In this document: positions 36,855 through 47,283 of the stretch, one piece after another
Layout of the letters: each line of letters begins with the position of its first letter
Position numbering within the stretch: position 1 is the stretch's first letter
Assembly (NCBI GenBank): GCA_965215265.1
Contig: OZ244048.1
Coordinates: 3,648,001-3,712,000 of the forward strand
From: Candidatus Poribacteria bacterium
Lineage (GTDB): Bacteria > Poribacteria > WGA-4E > WGA-3G
DNA: 64,000 bases
Reading direction: 5' to 3'
Notes under the pieces: model-generated
What the model saw: only the letters and a program-made list of their open reading frames with translations
Told to the model about the DNA's origin: nothing
Database searches by the model: none
Position numbers and translations under genes: made by a program

Positions 36855-38498
36855 TTATGACGGTTCCGCACCAATTTTCTCTCTGGCTTCTAAGACCTTT
36901 GAAACGACGGCTTCAATATTGCCTTCATCGACAAAAGGCGACAAAATGTACGATTTTAACGCCACAATAGGTTCGTTATATTGGGTCTGTCGGTAGCATT
37001 CAGTTGTAGAAATGACAACACCGCGTCCTTCCATGGCTTCCGAGTGGACGTATTGAAAAATTTCGCGGTTGTAGGCGTTGTGAGCAAGTAGTGTGTCCCG
37101 ATAGGTTGCATCCTCAAATTCCTGTCGCTTGATTGCGAAGGTATCAATCCCTATGGGATAAGTGCGGAAAAGCGTTACGGTTCCGAAGTTATCGCGGTTG
37201 AGGACGCTTGTGCCTTCGTTTCCGTCAAGATGCTCGCGTAGGAGTTGTGTCATTTCAACGATGTGCCCGAGGACAACACGCAAACCGTGCAAACCGAACA
37301 GACGAAAATTAGCGAGTGCGGCCAGGGGGCCCGTCCCGGCTCTAGAAGTTTCAAGCGTGTACATGCCGGGGCGATGTTCACCGAAGTGATAAAGATACGG
37401 CATCTGATTAGGATGTCGTGTTACTAATTTTAGATCTTCGCTATTTTTTACCAGGACGAGACTGGAGATATAAGGGGTAAAACCTGTTTTGTGAAAGTCG
37501 ACACCGATGGAATCTGCTAGTGCTAAATGACGAATTCTGCGGCGTGCGCCTGCAAGTGCACGGAGGGTACGTGGACGAAAACCTAGCGGGTTGTCATCAA
37601 AATCGTAGTCATTGAACACCGACCAAGCCCACCCGATGACTGCATCAGCGTGTATGTGCGGCCGGTAATCCAGTTGGAATTCATCAACGAGTGTATCTCG
37701 TAATGCAACAATTGCTTGTAAATCGTCTAATCCGAATGCATCTGTGGTTCCCAATGTTGCAATAATCGCGGCAATCTTTTTTCCATCCATGAGTGCTGCG
37801 CGAACGGCTTCTTCAAGCAGCACCAAATCTATTTCGTTGTCTATGGTTGTCGGAATCGCCACTAAATTGTCTGTACCAATACCGAGCCAGCCTACAATGC
37901 TAGTAGCACAATAGTGTCCTGCATCTGATACGAATACGACGACATCTTCAGGGGTGCCTTTACGCATCGATTCAGGGCACGCCTTTTCCAACCCAATCTT
38001 CACACCGTAGAGTGTCGTGCCTGTGCCCCCAAAAGTAAACACCCCGGTCGCTTGTTCCGGCTCATATCCGATAAGTTGTGCAGTGATGCTAACCGCTTCA
38101 ACCTCTGCCAATGCGACGAGTCGACTGTATTCATCCCAGGCGATATTTGGGTTATGTAAAGAAGCGAGCAAGACCCCGATGAGACTGGGAATTGTGGGTG
38201 GGGCGATGACATTTTGTTGCGTGCAAGGATGCCCGAAAACAGTCATACCACGGAGATAATTCACGAGTTCAGCCGCGACATCCTCAACGGACGACATAGC
38301 ATCGGGTAATGTTGTGTGTCGTGCCTTCTCGAAATCGCCGTGTATAACACTACCGAGGATCGGCAGGTGTGTTTTCAGTGTGTCAACTCTATCCAAGGCA
38401 CGCATAATAGAATGCACGAAGTACGAGTCATGGATAGGATCCGATATAGGTTGCGGAAAAGCAAGCCGGATTTTTTCTAAACTGTCACGGTAAGTCAT
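36855..38498 (-). CDS. Group II PLP-dependent amino acid decarboxylase
   Basis: GVFTFGGT, GTTDAFGLD, HADA, DSIGVDFHK (PLP Lys), TLETSR. Confidence 0.92.
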   Translation of the reverse strand: MTYRDSLEKIRLAFPQPISDPIHDSYFVHSIMRALDRVDTLKTHLPILGSVIHGDFEKARHTTLPDAMSSVEDVAAELVNYLRGMTVFGHPCTQQNVIAPPTIPSLIGVLLASLHNPNIAWDEYSRLVALAEVEAVSITAQLIGYEPEQATGVFTFGGTGTTLYGVKIGLEKACPESMRKGTPEDVVVFVSDAGHYCATSIVGWLGIGTDNLVAIPTTIDNEIDLVLLEEAVRAALMDGKKIAAIIATLGTTDAFGLDDLQAIVALRDTLVDEFQLDYRPHIHADAVIGWAWSVFNDYDFDDNPLGFRPRTLRALAGARRRIRHLALADSIGVDFHKTGFTPYISSLVLVKNSEDLKLVTRHPNQMPYLYHFGEHRPGMYTLETSRAGTGPLAALANFRLFGLHGLRVVLGHIVEMTQLLREHLDGNEGTSVLNRDNFGTVTLFRTYPIGIDTFAIKRQEFEDATYRDTLLAHNAYNREIFQYVHSEAMEGRGVVISTTECYRQTQYNEPIVALKSYILSPFVDEGNIEAVVSKVLEAREKIGAEPS

Positions 38499-38606
38499 CT
38501 ATGGTTTTAACTCCAAAATTGATAGGATAATTTTACCTGAAAGGCTATCGCTGCAAGATGCACGGATGCAGACTTTGTCTATAAGAGACTCAGTCTTTCG
38601 GGTGGG

Positions 38607-38653
38607 GAAAAGGGTTGTCGGTTCGGATTCTATCCGAACCGACAACCCTTTTC
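38607..38653 (-). terminator. Perfect 22-bp-stem hairpin, terminator of the TonB receptor gene
   Basis: GAAAAGGGTTGTCGGTTCGGAT-TCT-ATCCGAACCGACAACCCTTTTC, 16 bp after the stop. Confidence 0.85.
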
Positions 38654-38669
38654 TATCGTTGCTACAGTG

Positions 38670-41300
38670 TTAGAAATTATAGTTGACTTTAGCGTACCAG
38701 AACGCACCACCAAAGCCATAAGGACTGTACTCGCCGAAGGGCCTACCAACTATTTCAGCCGGGAAACTTTTTTCCTCTGTCCCTTCGGGCGTAGACGAGG
38801 TGATATTGTCCGGCTCAACATTGAGAATATTTTGAACGCCAATTGTGATTCCAATGTTTTCGATAAATGATAAGTTCGTTTCAAGGTCGACTAAGAAGGC
38901 CTCCCCGTATGTTTGTTCCCCGACAGCGTTCTCATACCAAGGGCCATAATAATTGACGCGCCCCAGAATTCCGAAATTATCAATGATAGCTTGTGTTAAT
39001 GTCACATTCCCGCGGTGCTTCGGAAGCCCTTCTTCCAATAGCCGGACGCGAGTGTCGTCCAGGATGTCAGGGTTGCGTTTTGTAACCTCGGTAGCTGTGT
39101 AATTGTAAACAAAACTCAGAGTCCCTTTACCGAATGGAGCTGTGAGAACCACGTCGATACCTTGGGTGCTGGTTTCAAATTCATTGGTAAAAAATCGAAA
39201 TTCTTGCAGATTCGCTGCACTTGTGATGCCTTCAGCGACTAGCTGCTCGATTTGTGTCTCTGTAATATCCTGGCCACGGAGGAAGTCTTTTGAAGGGGCC
39301 AATCGATCCTCCACCTTGATATTGAAATAGTCAATGGTTAGACTGGCAATATCATGATCGATAACCGTGCCGACGGAAAAGTTCTGTGATTTTTCCGGTT
39401 CAAGTTGTTTGCCGCCGACTAGCTTCGCCGCATCATGAGTAGAAGGAATTGTTCCTTTATTGACTAGCGTATTGTTTTCGCCGAATTCAGTTGTGACGTT
39501 AAAGGCGTTTTGTTGCCCTGGAGTCGGTGCCCTGAACCCGGTGCTGTAACTGCCGCGGACCCTCAGGTTAAGGATGGACTCAACCGCGAGGAATTCTTCA
39601 AGCGTGTCTGTAATACCATAATTGGTTGCGACTTTGTAATTAAGGGTGCTCCCAAAATCATCAAAGTATTCGCCGCGCACAGCGGCACTCAGGATCCAAA
39701 AGTCAAGAGGTCTCAATTCCGTTTCCAAGTAGCCAGCAAAGTTGGAGCGGGTCCAACTGCCTTCGGCAATATCACTGAAACCGGGGAAACCGTTAGAACC
39801 TGAGCTAAATCCCTGGCTCGCCAACGGGCCAATTTTCCAAGATTCAAGCTGGCCCTGAACAATTTCAAAAGTTTCAGTACGATATTCCAACCCCGACGCG
39901 AGAAACACCATGTCGTGTAGGGGGTAAGTTGCGTCAAGGTTAACGTTGGTATCGGCTTGGATATAATCGCCAGGGTCGAATTCAGTAGGTGTTTCGGGCC
40001 CCAAGGAGGCATTAACGGTATTCATGATAAAGAAATCCGAGGCATGCCGCCCGTAAGAAGCACTTAGATTCCATCCCAGTTTATCCACAGCGATTCCTTT
40101 CAGGCCGACAAGAATAGAGGTATCCAGTGTGTTGGCACCGAAGCGGGGCGTGAACCCACCAGGAAAAAGTTCTTGGAAGGTGAAAAGATTGGGGTCATTG
40201 AAAACCTGTTGCAAGGCGACTGGATCCGGTACCCCGTTGGTTATCTTTACGATAGGGACCTCGCCTGTACCCGCTAAACGTCCGATGAGCAAGGTTTCCC
40301 CTTCATCGTTACTAAAGACCGCTGGGCGGGTATTAGGATTTCGAAAGTAGAATCCACCTTCTACTTCTTTCTGTGCGTAGTTCGCATGACCGTAGAACTT
40401 GATGTCATCAACAATGTTGGCACCGTAGTTCGCAAAAAGTTTGACATCGTTTCTAATAATGGGGTGGCCCCAAGGTTGTGCTGGATCTGCTACATCTTCA
40501 TTTCCGGCACTGATAAGTGCCTCTGCATCATCTCGCTGCACCGAACGGTCCGTTTCATTTGCGTTACCGTACTCTAAACTGAGGTTCGTCCAGAGATCTT
40601 CTCGTCCTAAGCCTATATTACCCGCGACAGAATATGTCAAGCCATCTCCCGCTTGGAAGATACCCGGTTTAATTTGCAAGGACCCGCCTTTGTAACTATC
40701 TTTCAATTGTAGATTCATCACGCCAGCAATAGCATCAGAACCGTATTGCGCGGATGCCCCGTCTCTAAGGACCTCCGTCTGTTTCAGCGCGATCGCTGGG
40801 ATAGGAGATAGGTCAGCCCCTTGGGAGCCATCAGATAGCCCATTTCCGAGCCAATAAATGACTGAGGCGCGATGGCGGCGTTTACCGTTAACGAGTAACA
40901 AGGTGTGATCGGGGGCCAATCCGCGTAGATTCGCTGGGCGCACGACGGTTGCTGCATCCGATATAGGTTGTGCATTCACATTATAAGATGGAACAACATT
41001 TCTTAAAAGATCCGGTAAATCGGTGCCACCTTGCTTGATAAATTCATCGCCGCCAAGCACATCAATCGGCACGGCAGAATTAAGCACTGAACGTGGGCGT
41101 GCACGGGAACCCACGGTCACAACACCTTCAAGCTCTACAACTTCTTCCACTGAAGTTTTCGCAGATTCAGATTCTGTTTCGCCGGTTCCTTCGTCGGCTC
41201 CATGTGCATCAGCCTCTGCTATTGCTGGAAGCAAAACAAAAACCCCTGCAATAAAACTAAGCATCAAAGCAATTAATTTTAAAGTCAATATTCGTTTCAT
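38670..41300 (-). CDS. TonB-dependent outer membrane receptor
   Basis: Signal peptide, TonB-box-like EGVVTVGSR, plug motifs LRGLAPDHTLLLVNGKR and EVLRDGASAQYGSDAIAGV, C-terminal YNF. Confidence 0.95.
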   Translation of the reverse strand: MKRILTLKLIALMLSFIAGVFVLLPAIAEADAHGADEGTGETESESAKTSVEEVVELEGVVTVGSRARPRSVLNSAVPIDVLGGDEFIKQGGTDLPDLLRNVVPSYNVNAQPISDAATVVRPANLRGLAPDHTLLLVNGKRRHRASVIYWLGNGLSDGSQGADLSPIPAIALKQTEVLRDGASAQYGSDAIAGVMNLQLKDSYKGGSLQIKPGIFQAGDGLTYSVAGNIGLGREDLWTNLSLEYGNANETDRSVQRDDAEALISAGNEDVADPAQPWGHPIIRNDVKLFANYGANIVDDIKFYGHANYAQKEVEGGFYFRNPNTRPAVFSNDEGETLLIGRLAGTGEVPIVKITNGVPDPVALQQVFNDPNLFTFQELFPGGFTPRFGANTLDTSILVGLKGIAVDKLGWNLSASYGRHASDFFIMNTVNASLGPETPTEFDPGDYIQADTNVNLDATYPLHDMVFLASGLEYRTETFEIVQGQLESWKIGPLASQGFSSGSNGFPGFSDIAEGSWTRSNFAGYLETELRPLDFWILSAAVRGEYFDDFGSTLNYKVATNYGITDTLEEFLAVESILNLRVRGSYSTGFRAPTPGQQNAFNVTTEFGENNTLVNKGTIPSTHDAAKLVGGKQLEPEKSQNFSVGTVIDHDIASLTIDYFNIKVEDRLAPSKDFLRGQDITETQIEQLVAEGITSAANLQEFRFFTNEFETSTQGIDVVLTAPFGKGTLSFVYNYTATEVTKRNPDILDDTRVRLLEEGLPKHRGNVTLTQAIIDNFGILGRVNYYGPWYENAVGEQTYGEAFLVDLETNLSFIENIGITIGVQNILNVEPDNITSSTPEGTEEKSFPAEIVGRPFGEYSPYGFGGAFWYAKVNYNF

Positions 41301-41653
41301 GATCAGACTCCTTAAAAAAGTTTATTATCACCGGCAGGAGAATTGACTCCGGCTGTGATTACATAGTATTTTCTATACCTTATATAATGATGAAATGGCA
41401 CTCGCTTCTAACGCAGCTGCACCGTATTCAATTAACGCTTCAATCCTTAAAAGGATAACAAATTTTAGGGAAATATTCAAAAAAAATCAGACTGTTTTTT
41501 TCACGAACAGAGACAGACGAGGGCTCCTTATGGAAAATCAATCCCGACTTCAGAAGGCCCTATCCTGAACTGTCTAAGATGTCAACACACGCCCTTCATT
41601 AAAACGCGTTCTTAACGGAGTATGAAAAAGCCCCACAGTGTATTCAATTTCTG

Positions 41654-41682
41654 TTGCCATTAAAAAAAAAGGGTGGTATAAT
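41654..41682 (+). promoter_or_regulatory. Sigma70-type promoter of argG with an A9 tract in the spacer
   Basis: TTGCCA-17 bp-TATAAT with extended TG. Confidence 0.7.
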
Positions 41683-41741
41683 TCCATAGGATGTAAAACA
41701 TTGTAGCGGTTAATTTGGTATCATATACTTTGGAGAATGCT

Positions 41742-43010
41742 GTGAACATTGATACATTAAAAGGGCAAACAGTCGGTGCTGCTGTTTCTGGCGGTTTAGA
41801 TAGCTGCACCATCACCAAATGGCTGGTTGATAACGGTGTTAAAGTGGTCTGCTTCACTGCAGACCTTGGACAGCCGGATGAACGGGATGTCTCGGAGATT
41901 CGGGAACGGATGTTGGCGTGTGGTGCTGAAGAAGCCATCATCGTAGATGCCAAAGCTGCACTTGCAGATGCAGGCGTTCGCCTGATTCAGTGCCAAGCCA
42001 TGTACGAGGGCGGCTATTGGAATACGACCGGCATCGCTAGACACGTGACGGTGAAGGCGCTCTTACCGGAGATGGAAAAACGCGGTATCGATATTCTGAC
42101 GCATGGCGCGACTGGGCGCGGAAATGACCAGGTGCGGTTCCAACTTGCAACGCATATGCTCAATCCGAATTTTTCCGTTTATGCACCCTGGCGGGATGCG
42201 GGTTTTCTGGGAGAATTCGGTGGTAGAAAAGAGATGATAGACTTCTGTGAGGCACGCGGTTTACCTATCACTGCCACGCATGAGAAGCCCTATTCAACAG
42301 ATGCGAACCTGCTGGGATTGACACATGAAGCTGGAAGATTAGAGTCATTGAAAACACCAGCAGGATTTATTACACCAGGGATGGGTGTTCATCCGAAAGA
42401 TGCACCTGATACGGTAGAGCATTTCACCGTTACTTTTGAACGTGGAGTGCCTATTGAAATTAACGGCAGTCCTGTCACACCGCTTCAGAGTTTATTGGCG
42501 GCGAACGAGATTGGCGGAAGAAACGGAGTCGGCATCGGCATTCACACCGTTGAGAACCGGTTTGTTGGGATTAAGAGCCGCGGCGTTTATGAATCCCCCG
42601 GAATGGAATTGCTCGGGACGTGTTATGAGTATCTCTTGCAACTGATTTTAGATAGACGGGCACGTCGACATTTCGATAGCGTCGCCTCTACTATTGCTGA
42701 ACAGATATATCAAGGCTATTGGTTTGATGCCGCGACGCAGGCACTACTCGTGTCAATTGAAGCATTCACACGTTTGGTAACGGGAAGTATCACGGTTGGC
42801 CTTTACAAAGGCAATGTTGCATTCCACGCCGCTGGAGGTGTCCCACATTCACTCTATTCTGAAGAAACGGCATCTATGGAGGCTATCGGGGACTTCGACC
42901 ACGCGGATTCCGAAGGGTTTTTAGGTGTGCTTGCGGTTGGGGCGAGGGCTTCGGCTGTTGCCGGACAAAGTCAAGTTGTATACGAAACCTCTGCAGCGCC
43001 GGATGAATAA
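41742..43010 (+). CDS. argG: Argininosuccinate synthase
   Basis: AVSGGLDS, HGATGRGNDQVRF, YSTDANLLG, VENRFVGIKSRGVYESPG; GTG start after GGAG. Confidence 0.95.
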   Translation: MNIDTLKGQTVGAAVSGGLDSCTITKWLVDNGVKVVCFTADLGQPDERDVSEIRERMLACGAEEAIIVDAKAALADAGVRLIQCQAMYEGGYWNTTGIARHVTVKALLPEMEKRGIDILTHGATGRGNDQVRFQLATHMLNPNFSVYAPWRDAGFLGEFGGRKEMIDFCEARGLPITATHEKPYSTDANLLGLTHEAGRLESLKTPAGFITPGMGVHPKDAPDTVEHFTVTFERGVPIEINGSPVTPLQSLLAANEIGGRNGVGIGIHTVENRFVGIKSRGVYESPGMELLGTCYEYLLQLILDRRARRHFDSVASTIAEQIYQGYWFDAATQALLVSIEAFTRLVTGSITVGLYKGNVAFHAAGGVPHSLYSEETASMEAIGDFDHADSEGFLGVLAVGARASAVAGQSQVVYETSAAPDE

Positions 43011-43154
43011 GCCTTGGCCTTTTGATGTTTTGTCTTATCTTAAATGCAGATTTTGTATCGGAATTTACCCACCTTGCCTGCGCAAGTAGGCAATTCCGCG
43101 GCACGAATAGCCCTTGCGTTTTACAAGCTGCTGAGCATAGCGAAAAATTTCAGT

Positions 43155-44147
43155 TTAAGGAACCTTAATTTTCGCGAAGACTTGCTCAATGATTTCTTCT
43201 ACCTCTAACCCTTCTGCCTCCGCTTCGTAACTAATAATAACCCGATGTCTGAGTACATCCATACCGACAGCGTGGATATCTTCCGGGGTGACATAGCCAC
43301 GTTCAGAGAGAAACGCCTTCGCACGCGCTGCAAGTGCGAGGAAAATAGTAGCACGAGGCGATGCCCCGTATTCAATCAGTGCGCTCAATGCATCTAACTG
43401 ATATGCCTCTGGCGCTCGCGTCGCACAAATCAGATCTACGATATAGTTTTCCAATTGTTCCGCCATATAGATGTTACGCACTATCTCACGGAAGCGGATA
43501 ATATCTTCTGGGGAAATCACCCGCTGAATCTCCGGAATCTCTTCGGTTGTCATCCTTCTGAGAATTTCCAACTCTTCTGAATGTGAGGGATAGTGAACCT
43601 TAACTTTTAGCATAAATCTATCCATCTGTGCTTCTGGGAGTGGATAGGTGCCTTCTTGTTCGATCGGATTTTGGGTTGCTAAAACAAGAAACGGGTCGTC
43701 GAGCGGATAGGTAGTACCGCCAATCGTTACCTGTCGTTCCTGCATCGCTTCAAGCAGCGCGCTTTGCACTTTGGCAGGTGCCCGGTTTATTTCATCGGCG
43801 AGGATGACGTTAGCGAAAATAGGTCCCTTTTTAGTGTAAAAATCGCCTTGCCGCTGGTCATAAATGAGGGTACCGATCAGGTCTGCTGGCAGTAAATCCG
43901 GTGTGAATTGAATCCGATTGAAATTGGCATCAATTGTACGTGCTAACGCACTGACTGCTGTCGTCTTTGCAAGTCCTGGCACCCCTTCAAGTAGGATGTG
44001 CCCGTTGCAAAGCAACCCAATAATCAAGCCTTCAAGCAGCGCCCGTTGCCCAACAATAACTTTTCCTGTCTCTGTTAAGATTTGCTGTATGAGTCCACTG
44101 TCCTCTGTGATTCGAGCGTTCATCGCATCTAAATCGTATTGTTGCAT
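43155..44147 (-). CDS. MoxR family AAA+ ATPase
   Basis: EGVPGLAKT, RIQFTPDLLPAD, DEINRAPAKVQSALLEAM, NPIEQEGTYPLPEAQ, GASPRA. Confidence 0.95.
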   Translation of the reverse strand: MQQYDLDAMNARITEDSGLIQQILTETGKVIVGQRALLEGLIIGLLCNGHILLEGVPGLAKTTAVSALARTIDANFNRIQFTPDLLPADLIGTLIYDQRQGDFYTKKGPIFANVILADEINRAPAKVQSALLEAMQERQVTIGGTTYPLDDPFLVLATQNPIEQEGTYPLPEAQMDRFMLKVKVHYPSHSEELEILRRMTTEEIPEIQRVISPEDIIRFREIVRNIYMAEQLENYIVDLICATRAPEAYQLDALSALIEYGASPRATIFLALAARAKAFLSERGYVTPEDIHAVGMDVLRHRVIISYEAEAEGLEVEEIIEQVFAKIKVP

Positions 44148-44159
44148 GTCTGGGTTCTT

Positions 44160-45512
44160 CTATGAAAAAAACGCCCGCGTTTCGCCTTCTTGAAATGACT
44201 GCTCAAGCCACGGATCTTCTGTTTTGACGCGAAAATGGATGAGTTTCTCGCGCATCGCCTTGACTTTTTCTTGTAGTTCCGGCGCGTTAATAAGGTTTCG
44301 CGATTCGGCCGGATCGTTTTGCATATCAAAAAGTGCCTCCCGATCCTGTTGAAGAAAATTCGCGCGCGGTCGTTGACCCAATTGCTGCACGTTGTCGTCT
44401 CTGACCGCTGTCCATGAAATGGAACGAAATAGGTCACTGGGCAGTGGTGTTTCTAGTTGATACGCCAGATTACGGACATATTTATACCGCCGTCCACGCA
44501 GCACTCGATACGGATAATAGTTTGTCACCTCATGGAAACAGTGGGAAAAGTAGGTTTCTTCCCACTCACCGGTCCCAGGGTGTGGACTGTCATCTTCAAG
44601 GATTGAGAGAAGGGAACGGCCGGGGAGTGCATGTAGACCATCAGGGTGTTCAACACCACACCAGTCGAGCATTGTCGGACAGAAATCGACCCAATTAACT
44701 AACGCTTGGTTCCTGAGTCCACGTTGCTGTTGAGAAGGACTCGCGATGATTAGGGGACAGTGATGCCCGCTGTCAAAACTTGAGGCTTTTGCACCCGGAA
44801 AAGGCATCGCGTGATCGGTTGTGACAAAGACAAGCGTTTCGTCAGCGCGACCGGAGGCATGTAGCGTGTCCAGAACCGAGCCGACAACCGCGTCCCAGCG
44901 TGAGATGCTTTCATAGTAGTCCGCTAGATCTTCGCGCACGGCAGGCACATCTGGTAGGAAGTTCGGGACAATCACCTCATCAGGGGCATAAGACATCGGC
45001 ACGATTCCAGGATGCTCCCGGTCGTTTCCGAAACCTTTACCGGCGCGATGCGGATAGGTGCTGCCGATATGCAGGTAGAAAGGCTTATCTGCGTTTTCGT
45101 TAAGGAATTGGTTAACCTTCGCTGCCATATCCACGGGGCTCCTGGGATTAACCTGCGGTTCAAAATCAAAAGGATACACACTGGCGGGCTCCACATGTTT
45201 CTTGCCGATACACGCTGTCGCGAACCCTCGCGATTTCAGAATCTTTGGAACGGATTGCATGTGTTCGTGCGTCCGGAATCCGTGGATACCGTGGCAGTGT
45301 CCGTATTGTCCATGCGTATGGCTATGTTGCCCGGTGAGGATGCAAGCCCGACTCACCGCGCACGACGGACTTGTGCAGAATGCATAATCAAAGACGACAC
45401 TGCGTCCGGCAAATGCATCGATGGATGGCGTTCGGATAACCTCATTTCCGTAGCACTTCGCGATACGGCTCCAGTCATCCGCGATAACAAACATAATGCT
45501 TTTATAACTCAT
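44160..45512 (-). CDS. Cys-type sulfatase (N-sulfoglucosamine sulfohydrolase-like)
   Basis: IADD, SPSCAVSRACILTG (FGly motif variant), GKKH, DHAMPFPGAK. Confidence 0.92.
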   Translation of the reverse strand: MSYKSIMFVIADDWSRIAKCYGNEVIRTPSIDAFAGRSVVFDYAFCTSPSCAVSRACILTGQHSHTHGQYGHCHGIHGFRTHEHMQSVPKILKSRGFATACIGKKHVEPASVYPFDFEPQVNPRSPVDMAAKVNQFLNENADKPFYLHIGSTYPHRAGKGFGNDREHPGIVPMSYAPDEVIVPNFLPDVPAVREDLADYYESISRWDAVVGSVLDTLHASGRADETLVFVTTDHAMPFPGAKASSFDSGHHCPLIIASPSQQQRGLRNQALVNWVDFCPTMLDWCGVEHPDGLHALPGRSLLSILEDDSPHPGTGEWEETYFSHCFHEVTNYYPYRVLRGRRYKYVRNLAYQLETPLPSDLFRSISWTAVRDDNVQQLGQRPRANFLQQDREALFDMQNDPAESRNLINAPELQEKVKAMREKLIHFRVKTEDPWLEQSFQEGETRAFFS

Positions 45513-46174
45513 AATTTTCCTTGGGCGTATTGCACTTTATTTAGGATAAAATTGACGACTTCATCAACTGTTTTATGCGTTGTATCCACTACAATTGCAT
45601 CTTTGGCAGCTCGCAGAGGGCTATGTTCCCGCGAAATATCCTTCTCGTCGCGTGTGCGAATTGCTGCCTCTACGTCTGTGAGTGTAGTTTGCACGTGCTG
45701 TTTGTGGAATTCTGCAAGTCTTCGTCTTGCCCGTTCGGTAACGGAGGCATCTAGGTAGAATTTGAAGTCGGCGTTTGGGAAAACGATTGTTGTCAAATCC
45801 CGCCCTTCGGCAACGATGCTCCCTTCAGTCCCGATGCGTTGTTGGTGTTTAACAATTTCACGCCGTATTTCAGCGACTTTTGCAACATCAGCAACGAGTT
45901 TGTTAACTTCGGGTGTCCGGATTTGGGTAGAGACATCTTCGCCATCCAATAAAACCACTTTTCCGTTATCAGTGAATTCGATATAACACCGCTTTACAGT
46001 GTCAGTAAGTTGTGGTGAACCTGCAGGGTATTGATGCCGGATAGCAAGCACAGTGACAGCTCGGTACATTGCACCGGAATCGAGATAAAGGAAACCGAGT
46101 TTTTCCGCAACGCGTCGAGCAACCGTGCTTTTGCCAGAGCCGGCGGGGCCATCCATCGCAATCGTCGTATGCAT
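45509..46174 (-). CDS. cmk: Cytidylate kinase
   Basis: IAMDGPAGSGKST, YLDSGAMYR, VAEGRD, RDEKDISREHSPL. Confidence 0.95.
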   Translation of the reverse strand: MHTTIAMDGPAGSGKSTVARRVAEKLGFLYLDSGAMYRAVTVLAIRHQYPAGSPQLTDTVKRCYIEFTDNGKVVLLDGEDVSTQIRTPEVNKLVADVAKVAEIRREIVKHQQRIGTEGSIVAEGRDLTTIVFPNADFKFYLDASVTERARRRLAEFHKQHVQTTLTDVEAAIRTRDEKDISREHSPLRAAKDAIVVDTTHKTVDEVVNFILNKVQYAQGKL

Positions 46175-46299
46175 TATGCTGTAGTCCTTTTCATTTCCGA
46201 AAGTGATAAATTGGGTGAATCGAGGTAGAATGCACGATGGCATCCTGCCTATATGGATGCTGCCGTGCTAATCTCGTCAGTAACATTCTTTCCTATACA

Positions 46300-47193
46300 T
46301 TATAAGGGATCCCTAGACTTTTTTGCCGCCATGAGTACGCGCTCAATCTCAGCAGTGTTTTTGGTTTGGAGCAAGTCTTTAAATTCCATTAAATTATCAA
46401 CGATGTTATCAATCAATAACGAGAGCACCTCTCTGTTTTGCGCGAAGATCTGCGTCCACATCTCTGGAGAGCCTGCGGCGATACGGGTCGTATCCCGAAA
46501 GCCGGTCGCAGTGAAATCTAATGCTTTTCCGGCATCAGTTTCCAGGCCGGCCACGCTATTTGTCAGCACGCTGGCGATGAGATGGGGCAGGTGGCTTGCA
46601 GCCCCAATTAGCAAATCGTGCACTTCAGGCGAAAGGATATGCGGCACTGCACCTGTGAACTGCCATAGATTTTCAAGGAGCCTCAGCGCATGCGGAGGTG
46701 TATCTTCTGTCGGTGTGAGGATACACTTAGCATTTTCAAAGAGGTTGGCACGTGCAGCATTCACACCTGTTTCGTGTGAACCTGCCATCGGATGCCCACC
46801 CACAAAGATTATAGGATGTCCTTTTTGACGGCACAAACGTGCTTCAACGGCTTTAACCATTTCTGCTTTCGTGCTACCCACGTCAGTAATGACAATAGAA
46901 CGTTGCCGTGTCGCAGCAGTAGATTCGGCGATCCGTTGTACGAGCACCGGCACCTGTTCAACAGGTGTGCCGATGACCACGAGTTCGGCATTTCCAAGCC
47001 CTTCTTCAAAATGCGTTGTTATTGAATCGACTGCTCCTCGCTCGAGTGCTCGTTTGAGCGTGGAAAGCCGCCTACCAAGCCCAACGCGCTTCCCAGGAAA
47101 GCCGTTTGCTTGCAATGCAAGCCCAAGCGAACCTCCGATTAAGCCTACGCCCCATATTGTTATTTGATGAATCTGCAGTAGATTTGTAAACAT
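46300..47193 (-). CDS. tyrA: Prephenate/arogenate dehydrogenase
   Basis: GVGLIGGS, TDVGSTK, GGHPMAGS, SHLPH, GFRDTTRIA. Confidence 0.93.
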   Translation of the reverse strand: MFTNLLQIHQITIWGVGLIGGSLGLALQANGFPGKRVGLGRRLSTLKRALERGAVDSITTHFEEGLGNAELVVIGTPVEQVPVLVQRIAESTAATRQRSIVITDVGSTKAEMVKAVEARLCRQKGHPIIFVGGHPMAGSHETGVNAARANLFENAKCILTPTEDTPPHALRLLENLWQFTGAVPHILSPEVHDLLIGAASHLPHLIASVLTNSVAGLETDAGKALDFTATGFRDTTRIAAGSPEMWTQIFAQNREVLSLLIDNIVDNLMEFKDLLQTKNTAEIERVLMAAKKSRDPL

Positions 47194-47254
47194 ATTGTCC
47201 GCAGGTCAAGTGGATAGCGTTTCTAAAGTTTACCAAGTGAGTGTATTTCAAAAT

Positions 47255-47283
47255 ATTTTAATGCAATTTATGCTTTTTGTCAA
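47255..47283 (-). promoter_or_regulatory. Sigma70-type promoter of tyrA
   Basis: TTGACA-17 bp-TAAAAT on minus strand. Confidence 0.7.

Noticed and set aside
41301-41650. Cobalamin or TPP riboswitch upstream of the TonB receptor
   Set aside because: I could not find the B12-box or TPP core motifs on the minus strand; only a weak hairpin near 41327-41359. An Rfam scan would settle it
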